Shown: positions 11,049 to 21,769, counted from the first letter of the stretch. The stretch: DNA of 64,000 nt from Anaerolineales bacterium (GCA_050115035.1 JASFRG010000001.1:24932-88931); one strand, 5' to 3'. Notes: generated by a model not told the origin, from the letters alone. Program-made: numbers and translations.

Positions 11049-12411
11049 AAGAATTCCCGAACCAACGGTCAAACCGAAAGAACGCGCGTTTCTGGTAGGA
11101 GTAGAACTATTCCAGCAACCGGGTTTGCTATCCTTGGACGACTCACTGACGGAGTTGGAACTACTTTCAGAGACAGCCGGATTGAAAGTTGTTGGCGAAC
11201 TGACTCAAAAGCTGTCCCAACCGCACGTGCAAACTTATATTGGTCCCGGGAAAGTAGAAGAACTCAAAGCGTTGGCAGAAGACAGTTTGACTGAAGTGGT
11301 CGTTTTCGATGACGAATTATCACCCCGCCATCAGCGTGAATTGGAAAAGGCGTTGGGCGCCAACATACGGGTTCTGGATCGCACCGCGCTCATCCTCGAC
11401 ATCTTCGCTCAACACGCCAATACCAGCGAGGGGATGCTTCAAGTAGAACTTGCCCAATACGAATATTATCTACCGCGCCTGACCCGCCAATGGACACATC
11501 TGGCCCGTCAGGCTGGTGGCGGCGCTGGACGCGGGGGAACAGGCGGTGTTGGTTTGCGCGGACCGGGCGAGACCCAACTTGAGGTGGACCGCCGCCAAAT
11601 CCGCAACCGCATCTCAAATCTTAAGAAACAGATCGAGAAGGTACGTGCCCATCGCGAACGATATCGTGCAAAACGCAAACGCGCGCGCCTGCCGACCGTT
11701 GCGTTGGTCGGATATACCAATGCAGGCAAGTCCACGTTACTAAACCAATTAGCTAATGCCGAAGTCTACGTGGCGGATCAACTCTTTGCTACACTCGATC
11801 CTACTACGCGTCGAGTAGAGCTGCCTGGCGGGTATCAGGCGCTGTTCACCGATACGGTCGGATTTATCCAGAAATTGCCCACCACACTGGTAGCGGCTTT
11901 CCATGCCACCTTGGAGGAGATTGGGGAAGCAGACTTACTACTGCATCTGGTCGATATTTCGCATCCCAACGCGCTCAATCAATTTGAAGCCGTGCAGGAA
12001 ACGTTGGACGAGATCGGCGCTGGGCATGTGCCGATTATCACAGCGCTGAACAAGGTCGACCGTCTGAAGCAGCCGGATCAAGCTCAGGAGACGCTGCAAC
12101 ACTTTCCCAAAGCGGTGGCAATCTCGGCCCTGGAAGGAAGCGGTTTACCTGATCTGCTGCGTTTGATCCAACAGGAGCTCTACGAAACATACACACCTAT
12201 CGACGTGCATCTGCCCTATCAGGAGGGTGCGCTCATATCCACATTCCATGAAATGGGACAGGTCGAATTCATCGAACACGAGCGCGGCGGAGTCCATATG
12301 CAGGGACGCATCCCCGGTCGTTTGCTTGCTCAATTCTCTCCCTGGCTTGGGCCGGCTCAACAAAATGAATTAACTGACGAAGACACCTTCAACAAAGAGG
12401 AATTTGAATGA
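11041..12411 (+). CDS. hflX: GTPase HflX
   Basis: G motifs GYTNAGKSTLLN, DTVGF, NKVD, preceded by an HflX-type N-terminal domain. Confidence 0.9.
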   Translation: MAKRIPEPTVKPKERAFLVGVELFQQPGLLSLDDSLTELELLSETAGLKVVGELTQKLSQPHVQTYIGPGKVEELKALAEDSLTEVVVFDDELSPRHQRELEKALGANIRVLDRTALILDIFAQHANTSEGMLQVELAQYEYYLPRLTRQWTHLARQAGGGAGRGGTGGVGLRGPGETQLEVDRRQIRNRISNLKKQIEKVRAHRERYRAKRKRARLPTVALVGYTNAGKSTLLNQLANAEVYVADQLFATLDPTTRRVELPGGYQALFTDTVGFIQKLPTTLVAAFHATLEEIGEADLLLHLVDISHPNALNQFEAVQETLDEIGAGHVPIITALNKVDRLKQPDQAQETLQHFPKAVAISALEGSGLPDLLRLIQQELYETYTPIDVHLPYQEGALISTFHEMGQVEFIEHERGGVHMQGRIPGRLLAQFSPWLGPAQQNELTDEDTFNKEEFE

Positions 12412-12614
12412 TCTCAAGACTGCTCGACTGGTTATCTGAGTTTTTAGCCCACCGCAAAGGCTTACTGCCACTGCTTGGAATCGTGTTGGTCATCATCAAC
12501 TTTATCCTGCAATTCTTTTTCCCGCTCGACCACTGGCTGACAGGCACTAATCTGTTATTACACCTGGGGGTCGTCATCGCGATCTTCGGCATGATGCTAG
12601 CCTGGGCACTATAA
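12408..12614 (+). CDS. Small two-TM membrane protein
   Basis: 68 aa and hydrophobic. ATGA start-stop overlap with hflX suggests translational coupling. Confidence 0.5.
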   Translation: MISRLLDWLSEFLAHRKGLLPLLGIVLVIINFILQFFFPLDHWLTGTNLLLHLGVVIAIFGMMLAWAL

Positions 12615-12645
12615 TTTTACAAACTTTCGCAAGAATGACGGGTAA

Positions 12646-13707
12646 ATGTTCCAGCGCAAGCGACCCAAGAAAATTTTCGGTAAAAAGAGTACGCCGCGCT
12701 TACCCATCGGCTTGATCCTTCTCGGTTTACTGGCGCTGCTTTTTTTTCTAGTTCCGACTTATATGCCAACAGAAGAGATCGAGCCACCGCCAACATTTAC
12801 TCCCCAACCGACTCAACCAGCCACCCTTTCACCTGCCCCGCCACCGACCTATACACCTGAGCCCCTTCCAACTGGCCTACATGGCGGGCGCATTATCTTT
12901 ACCTGTACGCGTGGTGATTACAACCATTTGTGTATGGTCAACCGTGATGGCAGTGGTCTACTGCGTCTCACGGATGAGTTTGCCAATGACTACTATCCGG
13001 CTTTTTCCCCGTTGGGCGGCGCAATCGCCTTTGCATCCAACCGCAGCTTGGGCACCTTTGATCTATACTTCATGGTGCTCAGCACCTCATCGCTCGTGCA
13101 GTTAACATATGAAATTGGCAACGCTTTTTCTCCCGACTTCTCACCGGATGGCGAGCGCGTGATTTTTGTCAACAAGGATGAGCGTGGACAAACATCTCTT
13201 TACATTGTTGACCGCACTGGTGAGAACCTGCGACTGCTTTTCGAAGGACCCAATTTCAGCGGACCGACCAGTATTGTAGGCGCAGCCTGGTCACCGGACG
13301 GAAGCACTATTGCTTTCGCCATGGCCATAACCGAACTGTTCGAATACGAAATCTTTCTGATCGATGCGGACGGAAATTCTCCGCCTCAACAACTTGAAAC
13401 AGGCCTGCTCGGCATTACCGGAAGTCTTGACTGGTCCCCAGAAGGGCGCTACCTGCTCATCTCTGCCGGCCCTCCCAATGACAAAGACATTTTCAACCTG
13501 GATTTACAGGAGGGGGTCATTACGCGCCTTACTTACGGTGGAAACAACAATTCCCCATCCTTCTCTCCTGATGGAGAGTTTGTCGCTTATAACTCGTTAC
13601 GCAACGGCGGCCAGGCGGACATCTACATCATCCGTCCTGACGGAACAGACGAACAGCAGCTTACAAACAATCCCGAACCGGACTGGCAGCCACAGTGGGA
13701 ACCGTAA
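12646..13707 (+). CDS. TolB-like PD40 beta-propeller protein, N-terminally anchored
   Basis: TM anchor, Pro/Thr-rich linker, then repeated ..P.FSPDG..I.F.. units (AFSPLGG, SPDFSPDGERVIF, AWSPDGSTIAF, SPSFSPDGEFVAY). Confidence 0.8.
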   Translation: MFQRKRPKKIFGKKSTPRLPIGLILLGLLALLFFLVPTYMPTEEIEPPPTFTPQPTQPATLSPAPPPTYTPEPLPTGLHGGRIIFTCTRGDYNHLCMVNRDGSGLLRLTDEFANDYYPAFSPLGGAIAFASNRSLGTFDLYFMVLSTSSLVQLTYEIGNAFSPDFSPDGERVIFVNKDERGQTSLYIVDRTGENLRLLFEGPNFSGPTSIVGAAWSPDGSTIAFAMAITELFEYEIFLIDADGNSPPQQLETGLLGITGSLDWSPEGRYLLISAGPPNDKDIFNLDLQEGVITRLTYGGNNNSPSFSPDGEFVAYNSLRNGGQADIYIIRPDGTDEQQLTNNPEPDWQPQWEP

Positions 13708-14073
13708 TTTCGGAAGCCACAAGCGGCTTCCTCCACCTGTCTGCATTTTAATGCCATTTTCTATGTATGTCATTGTTCCGGCTTCGGCACGAATATCTTC
13801 GCCATAATTCAATTCTACATACACCAACTGTAAATCATCCCCGAATATCTGATAGTCGATCCATTTGCTATTTTCATCTCCTTCATTAAGATCTATTTTA
13901 AAAAATAAATATGGGGAAGAAAAAATAGCAGATTTCTGCTAATTCAATTTGGATATTCTTTATGTTTTTAGTGTATGATTATGGTATCGACAAAGAGCAA
14001 ACGCGGGTTGCTCACCATATTTCCGGGCTTTTTTTATGCATTTTTGGAAATCCTGGATAAGAGCATTTGAATA

Positions 14074-16152
14074 ATGGAGGAGATAATGGAACAACAACTT
14101 CGGTCAGTCCAGGACAAACCTATGGGGAATCCACAGAAAATATCAACAACACCAACACCAACTCAAATACCCAAGAAACAAAATCGCAAAAAGCGAATGC
14201 AAAAAACATATACGCATCAAGAAAAATCTGAAGGTGTAAAATCGGAACAGGGGAATTTGATCAGCCGATGGCGGGGTAGGACAAACAATCAAAGCGATTC
14301 AAAATGGGAGGCAGGTACTGCGTTTCGTATCAGCAACCGCACGAAAGAAGATATTTTCCTCAAGAGTGATAAAAACGTCTTACTTGAGACCATTAATGCA
14401 AACAGTGCAAAAACATTAGACGGCGAGAGACTGCAAGAATTCGAACAGGAAAAATTCAAACGGCTGATAGGTGCAAACCAGATATCATGCAAAGCACTGG
14501 AATATAAGCAAAATATTTCGTACGTTATCAGTAATCTAACTGCCAAAAGGATAGCCATTAAACATAATTATTTCTCCACCAGTCTTTTTCTACCCGCCTT
14601 CGGATCACGAACAATAAAGGGAAAAACCTTACTGGAACATGATTATTCAGATTGGGAAAACCAGGGGCTGATAAAGATCGAGATCGAGAGCACACCCGCT
14701 GAGGATGAAAGTACATATGCGATCTTAGGTTTGTTGATCATCATCCTTGGGTTATTTCTGCTTGTAAGCATCCCGGTGACAATTTTCACACAGGCCATCT
14801 CTTGGAGAACAATAGGAATTGTCACAGCTGTTGGCGTGGTTTTGATGGTAATCTCGCTGTCAATGGCAGGCCGGAACATGCGCGTGCTCTTCAACAACAT
14901 CACCAGTTGGCTCAAATTACTCCCTGGGATCGTGCTTGTTTTAGCAACCGGGATTGGCTTACCAATCGTTATTGTTTATTTTTTCGGTGATGGTAAAAAC
15001 CTTTTAGATTCTCAATCCATTGAACTCAGTTCTCTCGGGAGACTGATGCAGGTCGGATTCATCTCCATCGCGTCTATGCTGCCGGCCTTTCTATTTTATC
15101 TTTTTGGCAGACAACAGGTTGAAAAACAGAAGGAAAATTTTTATCGAGAAGCCATGCTGCTCGACCCTAATGTTTGGTCAGACAACGAAGCAAAAAATAA
15201 GTACGAGCCGCTGCTAAACTCCGTGTTTGATACGGGAAACTCTCCCTTTTCAATTCTCCTGCTTGTAATTTCTACCAGCTTATTGGTTATGGGCTGGATT
15301 ATCGCACTATCCCCCATCGGTTCAGGGCATCAAGAACTCACAAGTCTGATCGACTTCTTTATTCCAGTAGCGACACCCTTTACGTTTGGATTCCTAGGAG
15401 CTTACTTTTTTACGGTCAACATGATTTATCGCAGATATGTGCGCGCGGACTTGACCACAAAGACCTACGCCTACATTACCATGCGTTTGTTGGTCACCCT
15501 CGTTCTGGTCTGGACCGTCAGCACGCTACCCCAATTCCGGGCTGGTTCTGCCCTTGAAACGGGGTTGTTTGTGGTCGCCTTCATTATCGGGATTTTCCCG
15601 GAAACGGGCATGACGCTGATTCAAGACCAGTTCAGACTAATCACGAAACAAGCTCAGGAAAAGGACACGTTTTCTCTTACACGTCTGGAAGGCATGAACC
15701 TGTATGATCGAGCCAGGCTTTTAGAGGAAGGTATCGAAAATATCGAAAATTTAGCCCACCATAATCTTATGGAACTAATTGTCCGTACCCGCATCACCAC
15801 ACCTCGTCTGGTTGATATGTTCGACCAGGCTATCTTATATTTGCATCTTGGTCTGGAGACCGGCAACGAAAATAGCGAGAATGGAAAAGATGACTCGCGC
15901 GATCTGCTTAAAAGCCTGGGCATCAGAACTGCCACCGACCTGATCAAATGCAAGAATGAGTTAAAAATGTTCGCAGAGGATGGAAGATACAAAACGATCA
16001 TCAACAAGCTTGATGTGATCACAACCGCTCTCGAGGATGACGAATGGCTCAACTATGTTCAGAACTGGCGTTCATATTCATCCTCCCAGGACAAACCTAT
16101 AGACGATCCGTTCAAGTTTTACGAAACCGCTGCCAATGCTCACCAAATTTGA
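14074..16152 (+). CDS. Orphan 692-aa polytopic membrane protein (basic soluble N-terminus, about 8-10 TM, C-terminal helix-hairpin-helix-like region)
   Basis: Long uninterrupted ORF in a low-GC stretch with an AT-rich 360-nt upstream region and a terminator downstream. I recognise no catalytic motif. Confidence 0.7.
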   Translation: MEEIMEQQLRSVQDKPMGNPQKISTTPTPTQIPKKQNRKKRMQKTYTHQEKSEGVKSEQGNLISRWRGRTNNQSDSKWEAGTAFRISNRTKEDIFLKSDKNVLLETINANSAKTLDGERLQEFEQEKFKRLIGANQISCKALEYKQNISYVISNLTAKRIAIKHNYFSTSLFLPAFGSRTIKGKTLLEHDYSDWENQGLIKIEIESTPAEDESTYAILGLLIIILGLFLLVSIPVTIFTQAISWRTIGIVTAVGVVLMVISLSMAGRNMRVLFNNITSWLKLLPGIVLVLATGIGLPIVIVYFFGDGKNLLDSQSIELSSLGRLMQVGFISIASMLPAFLFYLFGRQQVEKQKENFYREAMLLDPNVWSDNEAKNKYEPLLNSVFDTGNSPFSILLLVISTSLLVMGWIIALSPIGSGHQELTSLIDFFIPVATPFTFGFLGAYFFTVNMIYRRYVRADLTTKTYAYITMRLLVTLVLVWTVSTLPQFRAGSALETGLFVVAFIIGIFPETGMTLIQDQFRLITKQAQEKDTFSLTRLEGMNLYDRARLLEEGIENIENLAHHNLMELIVRTRITTPRLVDMFDQAILYLHLGLETGNENSENGKDDSRDLLKSLGIRTATDLIKCKNELKMFAEDGRYKTIINKLDVITTALEDDEWLNYVQNWRSYSSSQDKPIDDPFKFYETAANAHQI

Positions 16153-16206
16153 TTAACAAGCCCTGACGAATAAGTCGGTTGATTCAACAGTTACCTTGAT
16201 ATTCTC

Positions 16207-16250
16207 AAAACGGACAGGTTTGTGACACCTGTCCGTTTTGTTTTGTTTTG
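16207..16250. terminator. Bidirectional rho-independent terminator between convergent genes
   Basis: AAAACGGACAGGT-loop-ACCTGTCCGTTTT, with T-runs on both strands. Confidence 0.8.
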
Positions 16251-16265
16251 TCTTAATCTAATCGG

Positions 16266-17912
16266 CTATACCTGCGGCCCTGCCCCCAGAACTTCTCTTG
16301 GTGTGCCTGCCTCGAACTTGGCAAAGTTTTGGATAAACCGCATCGCCAGGTCTTTATAGCGCTTGTCATACTCCTTACGGCTGGACCAGGACGACCAGGG
16401 TTGCAGAACTTCTGACGGAACATCCGGACATGACTTCGGCACAGAAAAGCCAAAAACCGCATCCTGGTAATATTCCACATCTTCCAATTGGCCTGACAAG
16501 GCCGCATTAAGCAAGTTACGTGTATGCCGGATGCTGATCCGTTTTCCGATCCCATACGGACCACCGACCCACCCCGTATTGACCAGCCAGCAGGTTGCAT
16601 CATAACGCTCGATCTTTTTCCGCAACAGCTCCGCATATTGGGCTGGGTGATGCACCATAAATGGCGCACCAAAACAGGCAGAGAAGGTGATCTCCGGCTC
16701 ATCCCGCAGACCGACTTCCGTACCACCTACTTTGGCGGTATATCCTGAAATAAACTGGTACAAGGCCTGATCGGGCGTCAGTCGCGCAATGGGCGGCATA
16801 ACACCGCTGGCGTCGCAGGTCAGCATGATGACGTTTTTGGGATGGCCGGCCTTTTTCTCGGGTACAGCATTCGAGATGAACTCCAGCGGATAGGAAGCAC
16901 GGGTATTCTCAGTAACGGATTCGTCATCCAGGTCGATCATGCGGGTGACCGGATCGTAGGTCACGTTTTCAAGAATAGTTCCATACATGCGCGTGGTGGC
17001 GTAGATTTCCGGTTCGGCAGAGGCGGACAGACCGATCACCTTGGCATAGCAACCACCCTCGAAGTTGAAGACACCTTCGTCGCTCCAGCCGTGCTCATCG
17101 TCGCCGATCAGTCGGCGGGTAGGGTCAGCTGAGAGCGTAGTCTTGCCCGTTCCGGAGAGACCAAAGAAGAGCGCCACATCGTTCTCGTCCTGCGGGTTGA
17201 CATTGGCCGAGCAGTGCATCGAGAGCACACCTTCCAGGGGCAGCAGGTAGTTCAAGATTGTAAAAACCGACTTCTTGATCTCACCCGCATAAGCAGAGTT
17301 GCCGATGATAGCCAGCTTCTTCTCGAAGCTGAGCGCGATGAAGGTTTCGGAGTTGGTGTTGTCTACCCGGGGGTCGGAATTGAACCCGGGAGCGGCGACA
17401 ACCGTAAATTCCGGGACGAAGCGCTTGTACTCTTCCAGAGATTCGGGCAGATTGAACATATTGCGGGCAAACATGCTATGCCAGGCCAACTCCGTCACAA
17501 TCCGCACGGGCAGACGGTATTTTTCGTCCGCACCGGCATAGACATCTTGCACGAAAACGTCGCGTCCCTGCAAATAGCCGAGTAAACGCGCGTAGAGTTC
17601 ATCGAACTTCTCGCCAGACATGGGACGGTTGTACTGTCCCCACCAGATGTTGCCCTCGGTGTCGGTCTCGCGCACCACGAATTTGTCGTTTGCGGAGCGG
17701 GCTGTATGTTTCCCGGTAAAAGCCACAAACGGACCTTTATGCGTGGTAGCGCCCTCTTTGCGAAAGATGGCTTCCTCGTGCAGAGCCTCACTGGGCAGAT
17801 TCCAATAAGCTAAACGCAGGTTTCGCATCCCATGATTAGAAAGGCTGAGATCTGCCTTGCGCGTCTGCGCCGTACTTTCGGCAGGAGTCTTGATATTCAA
17901 TAGATTGTTCAT
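16266..17912 (-). CDS. pckA: Phosphoenolpyruvate carboxykinase (ATP)
   Basis: FFGLSGTGKTTLS kinase-1a motif, IGDDEHGW. Full-length PckA-like sequence. Confidence 0.95.
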   Translation of the reverse strand: MNNLLNIKTPAESTAQTRKADLSLSNHGMRNLRLAYWNLPSEALHEEAIFRKEGATTHKGPFVAFTGKHTARSANDKFVVRETDTEGNIWWGQYNRPMSGEKFDELYARLLGYLQGRDVFVQDVYAGADEKYRLPVRIVTELAWHSMFARNMFNLPESLEEYKRFVPEFTVVAAPGFNSDPRVDNTNSETFIALSFEKKLAIIGNSAYAGEIKKSVFTILNYLLPLEGVLSMHCSANVNPQDENDVALFFGLSGTGKTTLSADPTRRLIGDDEHGWSDEGVFNFEGGCYAKVIGLSASAEPEIYATTRMYGTILENVTYDPVTRMIDLDDESVTENTRASYPLEFISNAVPEKKAGHPKNVIMLTCDASGVMPPIARLTPDQALYQFISGYTAKVGGTEVGLRDEPEITFSACFGAPFMVHHPAQYAELLRKKIERYDATCWLVNTGWVGGPYGIGKRISIRHTRNLLNAALSGQLEDVEYYQDAVFGFSVPKSCPDVPSEVLQPWSSWSSRKEYDKRYKDLAMRFIQNFAKFEAGTPREVLGAGPQV

Positions 17913-17926
17913 AGTATATTTCTCGT

Positions 17927-17997
17927 TTCACCACAGAGCGCACGGAATCCACGGAGAAATAATTAGTTTTTCTCTGTGGTCTCTGTGACCTCCGTGA
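17927..17997. repeat. Heptad-based inverted repeat (CACAGAG/CACGGAG units)
   Basis: CACCACAGAGCGCACGGAATCCACGGAG ... CTCTGTGGTCTCTGTGACCTCCGTG, between the aminotransferase stop and the pckA start. Confidence 0.6.
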
Positions 17998-18005
17998 TTA
18001 ATTCT

Positions 18006-19223
18006 CTACAGCCAGTCCCGGATCAACTTCCGGTCACCAATATAGATCTCATTCGGGCTGGTGGGATCGAGCGCCCATTTGATACGTGCCATTCCCTCGG
18101 TCACATCTTTGACTGTCCCGCTAAACGACAATCTGATATGCCCCTCCATGCCAAATTCCTTGCCAGGCACGGTTACCACCAGAGCTTTCTTGAGCAGGAA
18201 CCTGGAGATTTCCACCGAACTATTGTTGAAGGCACGCAGGTCTGGCAGTGCATAGAATGTACCGTCAGGAGGAATCAAACGCGCGCCTGTGAAAGACTTC
18301 ATCTCTTGCAGGAGCACATTGCGGTTGTTTTCGATCTGCAACCGCAAAGCCTCGATGACTGACTGCATACCATTCAAGGCGCCTTCCGCCGCTGCCTGCG
18401 AAACCGGGGACACACCCGAAGTCACCTGCACCGTGACGTTGGTCATCACGCGCGTCAGTGCACGCGGCGCAATCGCCCAGCCCACCCGAAAGCCAGTCAT
18501 GCCGTACAGTTTTGCAACGCCATTGACTATGATCAGATATGAATCTTCGATGTCCTTCTTTGAATAGCGGTAAGCCGGAACCGCTTCATTGCGGTCGAAA
18601 ACCAATTTGTGATAGATGTCATCACAAATCATGAAGATGCCCTTACTTTCACAGAAACCGACCAATTTTTCGATCACCTCTGACGGATAGATCGCCCCGG
18701 AAGGGTTGTTCGGGCTGTTGACAATAATTGCGCGCGTATAGGAAGTGACTGCTTCTTCGATATCCTCAAAACGCGGGACAAAGGTGCCGTCTTCGGGTGT
18801 AACCACCACCGGACGCGCATTGCACATCTTGACAATCTCCGGATACGAGACCCAATACGGCGCCAGGATGATGGCTTCATCTTGTGGGTTCAAGATCGAG
18901 TACAGGATGTTGAACAGGGATTGCTTGGCGCCATTGGTCACCAGCACATTCTCGGGCGCAACCAGGCGATCGTAGTTCTCTTCAGTGTAGCGAATAATGG
19001 CTTTCTTCAGTGCCAGTGTACCATCAGCGGGTGTGTATTTCACCTCCCCACTGGTCAGTTTGGCTGCCGAAGAAAGGATCGCGTTGATAGGCGTCTTGTT
19101 CTTGGGTTCGCCAATCCCCAGATGAATGACCGGTTCGCCCCGCTCCCGAAGCTGTCGCGCTTCTTCGTTCAGGGCCAGCGTCGGCGATTCGACAATCTCA
19201 CTGGCAAGTTTGCTCAGTTTCAT
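18006..19223 (-). CDS. Class I/II (AspC-type) aminotransferase
   Basis: LGIGEP, NSPNNPSG, and a PLP-lysine context VAKLYGMTGFRVGW. Start ATG 19223 follows AAGGAGA. Confidence 0.9.
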   Translation of the reverse strand: MKLSKLASEIVESPTLALNEEARQLRERGEPVIHLGIGEPKNKTPINAILSSAAKLTSGEVKYTPADGTLALKKAIIRYTEENYDRLVAPENVLVTNGAKQSLFNILYSILNPQDEAIILAPYWVSYPEIVKMCNARPVVVTPEDGTFVPRFEDIEEAVTSYTRAIIVNSPNNPSGAIYPSEVIEKLVGFCESKGIFMICDDIYHKLVFDRNEAVPAYRYSKKDIEDSYLIIVNGVAKLYGMTGFRVGWAIAPRALTRVMTNVTVQVTSGVSPVSQAAAEGALNGMQSVIEALRLQIENNRNVLLQEMKSFTGARLIPPDGTFYALPDLRAFNNSSVEISRFLLKKALVVTVPGKEFGMEGHIRLSFSGTVKDVTEGMARIKWALDPTSPNEIYIGDRKLIRDWL

Positions 19224-19494
19224 GAAATCTCCTTGATTTTTCAACCGCCAAGGAATCTCGGCGAGTTAATTAACCCGTTTGCGATCCTCGCGTTCTTAGC
19301 GGTTCAATTTTTACACCTTTTGACAGAATCAAAATCTGGTCAGATTGCTCTGACCAGATAGATTTCCATAACCGCTCAGGGGCGGCGCTGACAAGCAAGT
19401 TGTCAGACAAAGTTTTCATACCCTGATTATACACTGGAAAACGATTCTCAATCGTCAGCCAATTTCCAGGCAGACACATTACGCCAAATTCATA

Positions 19495-20007
19495 TCACCA
19501 ATATTCGTAGCGCACCAGGTCGTTCAACGGTTTACGAGTCTTTTCCCCAGGCTGATCTGCCGGATAACCCAATGGGGTGAAGATGACCGGTTCAGCTTCA
19601 TCGGGGAGCCTCATGACGCTGCGTGCTGCCTTCACATTGAAAGCAGCAATCCAGCAAGTTCCCAGCCCTAAATTAGTAGCCGCCAGGATAAGATGGTCAG
19701 CCACAATCGCCGCATCGATCAGGCGCGCATTGAAGCGGTCACTTTCCCGCACCCAAGCCTGAGAAGAGATCGCGCACACACCGAGCACAATCGGCGCCTG
19801 CACAAACCAATGACGGCGGTAAATCTTGCCAATTTCCTCTTCGCGTCCAGCCGTGTGCATCACAACCAACTTGAAAGGCTGATGGTTGGCAGCTGTTGGC
19901 GCCAGACGTGCCGCTTCTAAAACGGCTTGAAGTTTTTCATCTTCAACTGGATCGGGGCGATAAGCTCGTACGCTGTAGCGTGCCGCGATCAACTCTGAGA
20001 ATTCCAT
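19495..20007 (-). CDS. Nitroreductase-family protein
   Basis: ARYSVRAY...LEAARLAPTAANHQPF signature. Confidence 0.85.
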   Translation of the reverse strand: MEFSELIAARYSVRAYRPDPVEDEKLQAVLEAARLAPTAANHQPFKLVVMHTAGREEEIGKIYRRHWFVQAPIVLGVCAISSQAWVRESDRFNARLIDAAIVADHLILAATNLGLGTCWIAAFNVKAARSVMRLPDEAEPVIFTPLGYPADQPGEKTRKPLNDLVRYEYW

Positions 20008-20069
20008 TCATTGCCTTCCTTATTTCAATCTAAGAATAGTATTTTTTTGCAAAATTTTTTGCTCATGCA

Positions 20070-20873
20070 TCATTCAATCACAACCCCATCCAGATTATCT
20101 TCCGGCTCCGGGAATTTCATCTTCAAACCCTCTAGCGTTTCTATCAGCACAGAAGAAATGACCAGGTCGCGATACCACTTGCGATTGGCCGGGACGATAT
20201 ACCAGGGTGCGTATTCAGTGCTGGTTTTGCTCAGGACATCTTTATAAGCAGCCATGTATTCGGGCCACAACTTACGTTCTTTGAGATCACCCAGGCTGAA
20301 TTTCCAATTCTTATCCGGCTCATCCAGGCGCGCCTGCAAGCGCTCTTTCTGTTCGTCCAGGTCGATATGCAGATAGAACTTCAGGATAGTTGTCCCATTC
20401 TCGGCCAGGATACGCTCGAACTGGTTGATCTGGTCGAAGCGTTTTTTCCACACCTCCGGCGGAACCATATTGTGCACGCGTACCACCAGCACATCTTCGT
20501 AATGGCTGCGGTTGAAGATCACAATCTGGCCGTTTCCAGGCGTTTCTTGGTGGATGCGCCACAGATAATCGTGACTCAGTTCTTCAGGAGTAGGCACTTT
20601 GAAACTGGCCACTTTTACACCCTGCGGGTTGACGCCCTCGAACACATGCCTGATGGTCCCGTCTTTCCCGCCGGTATCCATCGCCTGTATAACGATCAAC
20701 ACCTTGTGTTTACCTTCGGCGTATAATAATTCTTGCAGGGCCTCCAGTTTCTTGTTCAGCTTTTTCACTTCAGCCCGGCCTTCCTTTTTCCCGCCTTCGA
20801 AATCGCCTTTATCGTTTGGGTCCCAATTTGAGAGTTTTACTTTCTCTCCAGGTTTGACAAGATATTTTTTCAT
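20070..20873 (-). CDS. Polyphosphate kinase 2 family protein
   Basis: VLIVIQAMDTGGKDG Walker-A-like motif, RSHYED, PWYIVPAN. Start ATG 20873 follows GGAG. Confidence 0.9.
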   Translation of the reverse strand: MKKYLVKPGEKVKLSNWDPNDKGDFEGGKKEGRAEVKKLNKKLEALQELLYAEGKHKVLIVIQAMDTGGKDGTIRHVFEGVNPQGVKVASFKVPTPEELSHDYLWRIHQETPGNGQIVIFNRSHYEDVLVVRVHNMVPPEVWKKRFDQINQFERILAENGTTILKFYLHIDLDEQKERLQARLDEPDKNWKFSLGDLKERKLWPEYMAAYKDVLSKTSTEYAPWYIVPANRKWYRDLVISSVLIETLEGLKMKFPEPEDNLDGVVIE

Positions 20874-20977
20874 TTTAAGTTGCTCCAATATTTTAGTGTG
20901 ACATAAGTTCCCAGTTATCTTTATTTTCCGCATCTAATTGTAAGGCACATTTAGAAGAAGCATTATTTATTACACCC

Positions 20978-21769
20978 TCAGGTTTTAGATAATCGTTTTC
21001 TACCCCAAATGAATAAAACAACTGTGGCAGCTATGACCAGTAACCCAAAATCTATCCAGCGACCTAATTCGGTTGTCCAAAATGGGACCACTGCCGCTGA
21101 AATATTTGAAATCGAATGAAAAACAATTGCTATAAATACGCTACCGCCCGTGTTGTTGTGTAACCAAGTATAGAATATAGACAGTACAATCGTTTGTAAA
21201 AAATACTGATACATGGGGATTGCAGCCTGGGTCGTCCCTTCGATAAAGAACAACGGCAAATGCCAAATCGCCCAAATCAAGCCCAGAACAAGGCTGGCGC
21301 CTAATGCGGATGTGCGTTTTTGAAGTGGGTCTAGTGCAAATCCGCGCCATCCATACTCTTCTGGAAGTGCATTCGTAAAGTATATTAACAAAAAAACCGG
21401 GATGACCATCACTACTGGGATGCCATACTCGCAGGAGAATGAGCCCTGCACAACAATCAAAATGAAAACCGTGAGAAGAGCAGTTACAGGACCTAATAGC
21501 AGGGTTGGAAGCAGCCAGACCTTTCTGAAGTTCTGCTGCCACCCACGTTTCCAAAGTACTTTTACGCCTTCCTTTCCATCATCTCGCCAAACAAGAAAAA
21601 AAGCAGCCACCGCCGGCCCAAAGGGAGCGAACATACCTGGCAGCCCTACAATATCTGGCAATCCAAGAAAGCCATTGAACTTCAGTACTTGTGGCAGCCA
21701 CAGAATCCAGGAAAATGCAAATGTGAATATAAAGAAGTAAGTTAATTTGCGATTACTTATTTCTTTCAT
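20978..21769 (-). CDS. CPBP-family intramembrane glutamic protease
   Basis: EEYGWRGF, WAIWH and FHSISN motifs in a polytopic protein. Confidence 0.8.
   Translation of the reverse strand: MKEISNRKLTYFFIFTFAFSWILWLPQVLKFNGFLGLPDIVGLPGMFAPFGPAVAAFFLVWRDDGKEGVKVLWKRGWQQNFRKVWLLPTLLLGPVTALLTVFILIVVQGSFSCEYGIPVVMVIPVFLLIYFTNALPEEYGWRGFALDPLQKRTSALGASLVLGLIWAIWHLPLFFIEGTTQAAIPMYQYFLQTIVLSIFYTWLHNNTGGSVFIAIVFHSISNISAAVVPFWTTELGRWIDFGLLVIAATVVLFIWGRKRLSKT

Noticed and set aside
16253-17791. Several ORFs overlapping pckA in other frames
   Set aside because: pckA is unambiguous from its kinase motifs and full length. The others are shadow ORFs.
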